From a virus (lineage: Duplodnaviria; Heunggongvirae; Uroviricota; Caudoviricetes), in IMG/VR virus record IMGVR_UViG_2547132417_000009: 5,726 bases of DNA; one strand, given 5' to 3'. Shown in pieces: positions 1-5,726 of the stretch (the stretch's first letter is position 1; each line of letters starts with the position of its first letter). A program made the position numbers and the translations under genes. Below the pieces are notes generated by a model that did not search any database, was not told the origin of the DNA, and was given only the letters and a program-made list of their open reading frames with translations.

Positions 1-289
1 TGGCTGGGTGGAAATCGACAACAACATCGCAGAGAACGCCTTACGGGGAGTGGCCGTAGGCCGGAAAAACTGGATGTTCGCGGGTTCCGACAGCGGTGGT
101 GAACATGCGGCGGTGTTGTACTCGTTGATCGGCACATGCCGTCTGAACAATGTGGAGCCAGAAAAGTGGCTGCGTTACGTCATTGAACATATCCAGGACT
201 GGCCGGCAAACCGGGTACGCGATCTGTTGCCCTGGAAAGTTGATCTGAGCTCTCAGTAAATATCAATACGGTTCTGACGAGTCGCTTAC
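1..289 (+). mobile_element. Right end of an IS66-family insertion sequence (3' end of transposase gene plus terminal inverted repeat)
   Basis: The translated C-terminus (..EIDNNIAENALRGVAVGRKNWMFAGSDSGGEHAAVLYSLIGTCRLNNVEPEKWLRYV..LLPW) is the conserved C-terminal signature of IS66-family TnpC transposases. The element ends ..CGCTTAC at 283-289, the reverse complement of the GTAAGCG terminus typical of IS66-family inverted repeats; the same GTAAGCG appears at 5366 as a left end. The exact boundary is uncertain by a few bp. Confidence 0.75.
2..259 (+). CDS. tnpC: IS66-family transposase TnpC, C-terminal fragment (5' end lies outside the window)
   Basis: The open frame runs from the window edge to TAA at 257-259; the Met at 8 in the ORF track is internal, not the real start. 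The translation carries the conserved IS66 TnpC C-terminal motif (NWMFAGS..GGE.AA..YSLIGTC.LN..EP..WL..V...I.......LLPW). Confidence 0.75.
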   Translation, partial: GWVEIDNNIAENALRGVAVGRKNWMFAGSDSGGEHAAVLYSLIGTCRLNNVEPEKWLRYVIEHIQDWPANRVRDLLPWKVDLSSQ

Positions 290-365
290 TAGTGAGTTGT
301 ATCTATTTATTTTCCAATAAATACAATTGGTTATGTGTTTTTAGGTGGGGCGATCGTGAGGCAAA

Positions 366-394
366 GAAAACCCGGCGCTGAGGCCGGGCTTTTA
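366..394. terminator. Bidirectional intrinsic (Rho-independent) terminator downstream of the 345-aa gene
   Basis: GC-rich stem CCCGGC (371-376) / GCCGGG (383-388) with a 6-nt loop. On the minus strand it is followed by TTTTCTTT and on the plus strand by CTTTTA, with an A-run before it. It lies 17 bp beyond the TAA (411-413) of the minus-strand gene. Confidence 0.7.
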
Positions 395-410
395 GGGCGG
401 GTTGATGCTC

Positions 411-1448
411 TTAACACCCTTTAATGGGAGTTGAGATACGAGATATCATTGCTGATTCAATTATCCCACTTCTGACTTTATAGTCACCAAAAAGAGAAAT
501 TGAATCAGAAAGTTTCATGCTTTCATAAAGAAGGTCTGTTTCGTCTTTATCTATAAAATCAGTAACAACATAAGCAGGGAAGGTATAATCAGTGCCAACC
601 TTTTTGCAAGTTACTGTCAGCTTTCCATCTGATTTTTTAATGCCTTCAATTTCAACTTCTTCTGTAAGTTCTTTGTTGGAAAGTTTCTCACGTGGGTTTC
701 TTATCATTTCGGCAATATCACGCTTATCTAATTCGATCTTTGCCATACCATTAAACTCTACTCTGTCAGCATCTGAGACGCCTTTCAACACCCCAACCAC
801 AGCATTTGAAGTATGGGATTGAATTCCCTCTGAAATCTCCCTCGCAGCTGCTGTGGCAGTATGAGCAGAAAGAACTTCAACCATGCCATCTTTAAGCAGT
901 CTCATTTGCTCAGTTTGGCTGTTGGTGTCGTTGAGGCCTTCATCAATCTCAAGTTGCTTCATTTTTTCTATATGGCGATCTTTTTGTCTCGACTTTATCA
1001 GCCAAGCCCCAGTAAGGATCAGCGATATGAGAACGAGACATATAGCTTTCTCTGTTCCAGTCATACCTTGTGTTGACCTCTCAAATGCAACACCAAATGA
1101 ATCAATTACATCCTTTATAGCAACAAGTAGGTCAGTACAGCCAGGCTCAACTTTAAAAATTATCTCAAGCTCTTTTCTATCACTGTCTTTCAAATGCTTG
1201 AGATTATCCGTTCCTCGCCTTACAAGCATAAACGCTTTATAAAGTTCGGTCTGAAACTCGCACATACCTTGAGCTAAAGAGGACGGTATCGTCCCATTAT
1301 ACCGGTCTGGATCACCATAAATCTTGAAACTTACGTGGTTAACAAAATCAATTTTAATGTCATTGATAGATATTTGCTGACCTTTCTGAACTCTTTCTAA
1401 AAACTCTGAAACGTCGCTTAATGATGAGATATCAATTTGATTGTCCAT
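411..1448 (-). CDS. Hypothetical 345-aa single-pass membrane protein in the rexA/rexB position; candidate prophage exclusion or abortive-infection protein
   Basis: Long minus-strand ORF. I place the start at the ATG at 1446-1448 (MDNQIDISS..), 22 nt downstream of the cI stop; the longer 374-aa ORF would overlap cI by 65 nt. Residues ~134-152 (KAICLVLISLILTGAWLIK, nt ~993-1049) form one hydrophobic helix flanked by charged residues; the N-terminal ~130 aa and C-terminal ~190 aa are hydrophilic, with a charged, possibly coiled-coil stretch after the helix. No nuclease, kinase or NTPase motif recognised. It is AT-rich compared with the flanking lambda genes, ends at a strong terminator, and sits downstream of and on the same strand as cI, as rexAB does in lambda. 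Confidence 0.7.
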   Translation of the reverse strand: MDNQIDISSLSDVSEFLERVQKGQQISINDIKIDFVNHVSFKIYGDPDRYNGTIPSSLAQGMCEFQTELYKAFMLVRRGTDNLKHLKDSDRKELEIIFKVEPGCTDLLVAIKDVIDSFGVAFERSTQGMTGTEKAICLVLISLILTGAWLIKSRQKDRHIEKMKQLEIDEGLNDTNSQTEQMRLLKDGMVEVLSAHTATAAAREISEGIQSHTSNAVVGVLKGVSDADRVEFNGMAKIELDKRDIAEMIRNPREKLSNKELTEEVEIEGIKKSDGKLTVTCKKVGTDYTFPAYVVTDFIDKDETDLLYESMKLSDSISLFGDYKVRSGIIESAMISRISTPIKGC

Positions 1449-1470
1449 ATCTTTTCTCAATGTTATTGTG

Positions 1471-2187
<717 letters not shown>

Positions 2188-2190
2188 TTA

Positions 2191-2260
2191 AATCTATCAC
2201 CGCAAGGGATAAATATCTAACACCGTGCGTGTTGACTGTTTTACCTCTAGCGGTGATAAT
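2191..2260. promoter_or_regulatory. Lambda right operator/promoter region: OR3 (2195-2211), OR2 (2218-2234), OR1 (2242-2258); PRM on the minus strand, PR on the plus strand
   Basis: OR3 TATCACCGCAAGGGATA and OR2 TAACACCGTGCGTGTTG match the canonical lambda operators exactly. OR1 reads TACCTCTAGCGGTGATA, one base different from the canonical TACCTCTGGCGGTGATA. PRM -10 TAGATT (revcomp of 2191-2196) and -35 TAGATA (revcomp of 2214-2219). PR -35 TTGACT (2232-2237) and -10 GATAAT (2255-2260). cro Shine-Dalgarno AGGAGG at 2275-2280. Confidence 0.9.
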
Positions 2261-2275
2261 AATTGCATGTACTAA

Positions 2276-2485
<210 letters not shown>

Positions 2486-2492
2486 ATAACAC

Positions 2493-2524
2493 CGCTCTTA
2501 CACATCACAGCCCTGAAAAAGGGC
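2493..2524 (+). promoter_or_regulatory. nutR antitermination site (boxA 2493-2500, boxB hairpin 2510-2524); the Rho-dependent tR1 region follows, up to cII
   Basis: boxA CGCTCTTA and boxB GCCCTGAAAAAGGGC (5-bp stem, A-rich loop) are the canonical lambda nutR elements, located between cro and cII as in lambda. tR1 is inferred from position only; Rho-dependent terminators have no reliable sequence signature. Confidence 0.85.
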
Positions 2525-2584
2525 ATCCAATTAAACCACACCTATGGTGTATGCATTTATTTTCATACATTCAATCAATTGTTA

Positions 2585-2630
2585 TCTAAGGAAATACTTA
2601 CATATGGTTCGTGCAAACAAACGCAACGAG
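2585..2630 (-). promoter_or_regulatory. PRE (promoter for repressor establishment) with CII-binding TTGC-N6-TTGC repeat
   Basis: On the minus strand, 2613-2626 reads TTGCGTTTGTTTGC (TTGC N6 TTGC), the CII recognition motif flanking the PRE -35 region. It overlaps the 5' end of cII on the opposite strand, as in lambda. Confidence 0.8.
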
Positions 2631-2897
2631 GCACTACGAATCGAGAGTGCGTTGCTTAACAAAATCGCAATGCTTGGAACTGAGAAGACAGCGGAAGCTG
2701 TGGGAGTTGATAAGTCGCAGATCAGCAGGTGGAAGAGGGACTGGATTCCAAAGTTCTCAATGCTGCTTGCTGTTCTTGAATGGGGGGTCGTTGACGACGA
2801 CATGGCTCGATTGGCGCGACAAGTTGCTGCGATTCTCACCAATAAAAAACGCCCGGCGGCAACCGAGCGTTCTGAACAAATCCAGATGGAGTTCTGA
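2604..2897 (+). CDS. cII: CII transcriptional activator (97 aa)
   Basis: The translation from the ATG at 2604 (MVRANKRNEALRIESALLNKIAMLGTEKTAEAVGVDKSQISRWKRDWIPKFSMLLAVLEWGVVDDDMARLARQVAAILTNKKRPAATERSEQIQMEF) matches lambda CII. The upstream in-frame ATG at 2544 in the ORF track is an artefactual extension. Confidence 0.95.
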   Translation: MVRANKRNEALRIESALLNKIAMLGTEKTAEAVGVDKSQISRWKRDWIPKFSMLLAVLEWGVVDDDMARLARQVAAILTNKKRPAATERSEQIQMEF

Positions 2898-2919
2898 GGT
2901 CATTACTGGATCTATCAAC
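2843..2919 (-). ncRNA. oop: oop antisense RNA (about 77 nt) overlapping the 3' end of cII
   Basis: Minus-strand intrinsic terminator: stem CGCUCGG / CCGGGCG with loop UUGCCG (plus coordinates 2850-2869), followed by UUUUUUAUU (2841-2849). Its position relative to cII and O matches lambda oop. The 5' end (~2919) is placed by lambda collinearity, not read from a promoter. Confidence 0.6.
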
Positions 2920-2929
2920 AGGAGTCATT

Positions 2930-3829
2930 ATGACAAATACAGCAAAAATACTCAACTTCGGCAGAGGTAACTTTGCCGGACAGGAGCGTAATGTGGCAGA
3001 TCTCGATGATGGTTACGCCAGACTATCAAATATGCTGCTTGAGGCTTATTCGGGCGCAGATCTGACCAAGCGACAGTTTAAAGTGCTGCTTGCCATTCTG
3101 CGTAAAACCTATGGGTGGAATAAACCAATGGACAGAATCACCGATTCTCAACTTAGCGAGATTACAAAGTTACCCGTCAAACGGTGCAATGAAGCCAAGT
3201 TAGAACTCGTCAGAATGAATATTATCAAGCAGCAAGGCGGCATGTTTGGACCAAATAAAAACATCTCAGAATGGTGCATCCCTCAAAACGAGGGAAAATC
3301 CCCTAAAACGAGGGATAAAACATCCCTCAAATTGGGGGATTGCTATCCCTCAAAACAGGGGGACACAAAAGACACTATTACAAAAGAAAAAAGAAAAGAT
3401 TATTCGTCAGAGAATTCTGGCGAATCCTCTGACCAGCCAGAAAACGACCTTTCTGTGGTGAAACCGGATGCTGCAATTCAGAGCGGCAGCAAGTGGGGGA
3501 CAGCAGAAGACCTGACCGCCGCAGAGTGGATGTTTGACATGGTGAAGACTATCGCACCATCAGCCAGAAAACCGAATTTTGCTGGGTGGGCTAACGATAT
3601 CCGCCTGATGCGTGAACGTGACGGACGTAACCACCGCGACATGTGCGTGCTGTTCCGCTGGGCATGCCAGGACAACTTCTGGTCCGGTAACGTGCTGAGC
3701 CCGGCCAAACTCCGCGATAAGTGGACCCAACTCGAAATCAACCGTAACAAGCAACAGGCAGGCGTGACAGCCAGCAAACCAAAACTCGACCTGACAAACA
3801 CAGACTGGATTTACGGGGTGGATCTATGA
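2930..3829 (+). CDS. O: Replication initiator O protein (299 aa)
   Basis: Translation matches lambda O. RBS AGGAG at 2920-2924. The gene contains the ori-lambda iterons. Its stop overlaps the P start codon (ATGA at 3826-3829). Confidence 0.95.
   Translation: MTNTAKILNFGRGNFAGQERNVADLDDGYARLSNMLLEAYSGADLTKRQFKVLLAILRKTYGWNKPMDRITDSQLSEITKLPVKRCNEAKLELVRMNIIKQQGGMFGPNKNISEWCIPQNEGKSPKTRDKTSLKLGDCYPSKQGDTKDTITKEKRKDYSSENSGESSDQPENDLSVVKPDAAIQSGSKWGTAEDLTAAEWMFDMVKTIAPSARKPNFAGWANDIRLMRERDGRNHRDMCVLFRWACQDNFWSGNVLSPAKLRDKWTQLEINRNKQQAGVTASKPKLDLTNTDWIYGVDL
3278..3405. repeat. ori-lambda: four ~18-20 bp iterons (3278-3363) followed by an AT-rich unwinding region (~3376-3405)
   Basis: Four tandem direct repeats, each an internal dyad of the form ATCCCTCAAAACGAGGGA (TCCCTC..GAGGGA), beginning at 3278, 3298, 3322 and 3345. 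They are followed by TATTACAAAAGAAAAAAGAAAAGATTATTCG. The arrangement inside the O coding sequence is the classic lambda origin. Confidence 0.9.
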
Positions 3830-4527
3830 AAAACATCGCCGCACAGATGGTTAACTTTGACCGTGAGCAGATGCGTCGGATCGCCAACAACATGCCGGAA
3901 CAGTACGACGAAAAGCCGCAGGTACAGCAGGTAGCGCAGATCATCAACGGTGTGTTCAGCCAGTTACTGGCAACTTTCCCGGCGAGCCTGGCTAACCGTG
4001 ACCAGAACGAAGTGAACGAAATCCGTCGCCAGTGGGTTCTGGCTTTTCGGGAAAACGGGATCACCACGATGGAACAGGTTAACGCAGGAATGCGCGTAGC
4101 CCGTCGGCAGAATCGACCATTTCTGCCATCACCCGGGCAGTTTGTTGCATGGTGCCGGGAAGAAGCATCCGTTACCGCCGGACTGCCAAACGTCAGCGAG
4201 CTGGTTGATATGGTTTACGAGTATTGCCGGAAGCGAGGCCTGTATCCGGATGCGGAGTCTTATCCGTGGAAATCAAACGCGCACTACTGGCTGGTTACCA
4301 ACCTGTATCAGAACATGCGGGCCAATGCGCTTACTGATGCGGAATTACGCCGTAAGGCCGCAGATGAGCTTGTCCATATGACTGCGAGAATTAACCGTGG
4401 TGAGGCGATCCCTGAACCAGTAAAACAACTTCCTGTCATGGGCGGTAGACCTCTAAATCGTGCACAGGCTCTGGCGAAGATCGCAGAAATCAAAGCTAAG
4501 TTCGGACTGAAAGGAGCAAGTGTATGA
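3826..4527 (+). CDS. P: Replication protein P (DnaB helicase loader, 233 aa)
   Basis: Translation matches lambda P. The start is translationally coupled to O (ATGA overlap) and the stop overlaps the ren start (ATGA at 4524-4527). Confidence 0.95.
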   Translation: MKNIAAQMVNFDREQMRRIANNMPEQYDEKPQVQQVAQIINGVFSQLLATFPASLANRDQNEVNEIRRQWVLAFRENGITTMEQVNAGMRVARRQNRPFLPSPGQFVAWCREEASVTAGLPNVSELVDMVYEYCRKRGLYPDAESYPWKSNAHYWLVTNLYQNMRANALTDAELRRKAADELVHMTARINRGEAIPEPVKQLPVMGGRPLNRAQALAKIAEIKAKFGLKGASV

Positions 4528-4814
4528 CGGGCAAAGAGGCAATTATTCATTACCTGGGGACGCATAATAGCTTCTGTGCGCCGGACGTTGCCGCGCTAAC
4601 AGGCGCAACAGTAACCAGCATAAATCAGGCCGCGGCTAAAATGGCACGGGCAGGTCTTCTGGTTATCGAAGGTAAGGTCTGGCGAACGGTGTATTACCGG
4701 TTTGCTACCAAGGAAGAACGGGAAGGAAAGATGAGCACGAACCTGATTTTTAAGGAGTGTCGCCAGAGTGCCGCGATGAAACGGGTATTGGCAGTATATG
4801 GAGTTAAAAGATGA
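4524..4814 (+). CDS. ren: Ren protein (96 aa)
   Basis: Translation matches lambda Ren; position immediately after P. Confidence 0.9.
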   Translation: MTGKEAIIHYLGTHNSFCAPDVAALTGATVTSINQAAAKMARAGLLVIEGKVWRTVYYRFATKEEREGKMSTNLIFKECRQSAAMKRVLAVYGVKR

Positions 4815-4839
4815 CCATCTACATCACTGAGCTAATAAC

Positions 4840-4871
4840 AGGCCTGCTGGTAATCGCAGGCCTTTTTATTT
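4840..4871 (+). terminator. tR2-type intrinsic terminator between ren and ninB
   Basis: Perfect 8-bp stem AGGCCTGC (4840-4847) / GCAGGCCT (4856-4863) with an 8-nt loop, followed by TTTTATTT. This is the position of lambda tR2. Confidence 0.8.
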
Positions 4872-4887
4872 GGGGGAGAGGGAAGTC

Positions 4888-5328
4888 ATGAAAAAACTAA
4901 CCTTTGAAATTCGATCTCCAGCACATCAGCAAAACGCTATTCACGCGGTACAGCAAATTCTTCCAGACCCAACCAAACCAATCGTAGTAACCATTCAGGA
5001 ACGCAACCGCAGCTTAGACCAGAACCGAAAGCTTTGGGCTTGCCTTGGTGACGTCTCTCGTCAGGTTGAATGGCATGGTCGCTGGCTGGATGCAGAAAGC
5101 TGGAAGTGTGTGTTTACCGCAGCATTAAAGAAGCAGGATGTTGTTCCTAACCTTGCCGGGAATGGCTTTGTGGTAATAGGCCAGTCAACCAGCAGGATGC
5201 GTGTAAACGAATTTGCGGAGCTATTAGAGCTTATACAGGCATTCGGTACAGAGCGTGGCGTTAAGTGGTCAGACGAAGCGCGACTGGCTCTCGAATGGAA
5301 AGCGCGATGGGGAGATCGGGCTGCATGA
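4888..5328 (+). CDS. ninB: NinB (Orf-family recombination mediator, 146 aa)
   Basis: Translation from the ATG at 4888 (MKKLTFEIRSPAHQQNAIHAVQQILPDPTKPIVVTIQERNRSLDQNRKLWACLGD..) matches lambda NinB. A purine-rich RBS (GGGAGAGGGAAG) lies upstream. The ORF-track start at 4870 is a TTG extension. Confidence 0.9.
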   Translation: MKKLTFEIRSPAHQQNAIHAVQQILPDPTKPIVVTIQERNRSLDQNRKLWACLGDVSRQVEWHGRWLDAESWKCVFTAALKKQDVVPNLAGNGFVVIGQSTSRMRVNEFAELLELIQAFGTERGVKWSDEARLALEWKARWGDRAA

Positions 5329-5369
5329 CTATCAAATCAAATACGCCAGCACACGACAAGGACTGGTAA
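5325..5369 (+). pseudogene. 5' remnant (14 codons) of the nin gene following ninB (ninC position), cut by the IS66-family insertion
   Basis: The ATG at 5325 overlaps the ninB stop (ATGA), the usual coupling in the lambda nin region. The frame reads MTIKSNTPAHDKDW and then hits TAA at 5367-5369, which lies inside the IS terminus GTAAGCG (5366-5372). Confidence 0.6.
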
Positions 5370-5726
5370 GCGTAAAGCCAATGCCGTCTGTAACACCTGC
5401 TCCTTGCAGACTAAATTAGAGCTCCTTCTAAATTAGACGGAGTTCTATTGATGGATAAACCTACAGACTGGCGCTCCGGAACCCGCCGGATATTTTCTAA
5501 TGAATTTAAACTTCATATGGTTGAACTGGCTTCGAAACCAAATGCCAATGTTGCACAACTGGCCCGGGAACATGGCGTTGATAACAACCTGATTTTTAAA
5601 TGGCTACGCCTCTGGCAAAGAGAAGGACGTATTTCTCGTAGAATGCCTCCAACTATTGTAGGCCCTACAGTATCACAATCTTTTCCGGCCTCTCCGACTC
5701 TGGTTCCAGTGGAACTTATCGACACC
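5366..5726 (+). mobile_element. Left end of an IS66-family insertion sequence (terminal inverted repeat plus start of tnpA), continuing beyond the window
   Basis: It begins GTAAGCGTAAAGCCAATGCCGTCTGTAACACC. This shares GTAAGCG and scattered downstream positions with the reverse complement of the right end at 261-289 (GTAAGCGACTCGTCAGAACCGTATTGATAT), the imperfect inverted-repeat pattern typical of the IS66 family. It is followed by a tnpA-like ORF. Confidence 0.7.
5451..5726 (+). CDS. tnpA: IS66-family accessory protein TnpA (orfA), N-terminal part; 3' end outside the window
   Basis: The ATG at 5451 has GGAG about 8 nt upstream. The frame stays open to the window end (92 codons: MDKPTDWRSGTRRIFSNEFKLHMVELASKPNANVAQLAREHGVDNNLIFKWLRLWQREG..), which explains its absence from the stop-bounded ORF track. 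It has an HTH-like N-terminus and sits first after the left inverted repeat, as expected for IS66 orfA. Confidence 0.65.
   Translation, partial: MDKPTDWRSGTRRIFSNEFKLHMVELASKPNANVAQLAREHGVDNNLIFKWLRLWQREGRISRRMPPTIVGPTVSQSFPASPTLVPVELIDT

Noticed and set aside
1050-1075. Possible Walker A (P-loop) motif in the novel protein (..QGMTGTEKA..)
   Set aside because: It does not fit GxxxxGK[ST] and sits immediately N-terminal to the transmembrane helix; treated as chance resemblance.
592-1242. Plus-strand ORFs 592..822, 861..1076 and 883..1242
   Set aside because: They lie entirely antisense within the long minus-strand membrane-protein gene and have low-complexity, Ser/Leu-rich translations typical of antisense frames of AT-rich genes.
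2544-2970. Extended cII start at 2544, plus overlapping ORFs 2582..2842 (minus) and 2611..2970 (plus)
   Set aside because: The cII start is the ATG at 2604, consistent with the PRE layout and the known protein N-terminus MVRANKRN. The others are alternative or antisense frames over cII and oop.
3278-3363. Tandem direct repeats considered as a possible CRISPR-like or mobile-element repeat array
   Set aside because: They are the four ori-lambda iterons (O-binding sites) inside the O coding sequence, contiguous with no spacers.
3246-4565. ORFs 3246..3461 (+), 3478..3801 (-), 3560..3754 (-), 3738..4067 (-), 4142..4381 (+), 4308..4565 (-)
   Set aside because: All are embedded in or antisense to O and P, whose translations are unambiguous; no RBS or independent support.
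4870-4887. TTG-initiated N-terminal extension of ninB (MGEREV..)
   Set aside because: The ATG at 4888 is preceded by a purine-rich RBS and gives the NinB N-terminus MKKLTF; the extension would overlap the tR2 terminator T-run.
5513-5725. Minus-strand ORF of 70 aa
   Set aside because: Antisense to the IS66-type tnpA frame, which is open to the window end; most likely spurious.

Overview
The window is a coliphage-lambda-type immunity/replication module bracketed by two IS66-family insertion-sequence ends in the same orientation. From the cI stop (1471) to the ninB stop (5328) the gene order, spacing and protein sequences match phage lambda as I recall it: cI, OR3-OR2-OR1 with PRM/PR, cro, nutR, PRE, cII, oop, O with the ori-lambda iterons, P, ren, tR2 and ninB. 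Where lambda carries rexA-rexB downstream of cI there is instead one AT-rich gene (411..1448, minus strand) for a 345-aa protein with a single central transmembrane helix and no motif I recognise. It starts 22 nt after the cI stop and ends at a strong hairpin terminator, so it is probably co-expressed with the repressor in lysogens and is my best candidate for an undescribed prophage exclusion or abortive-infection gene. At the right edge an IS66-type inverted repeat cuts the nin gene that follows ninB after 14 codons. At the left edge an IS66 transposase C-terminus and inverted repeat end 76 bp from that terminator; pL, OL, nutL and N are absent from the window. All similarity statements are from reading the translations and from memory of lambda and the IS66 family; no database search was run.
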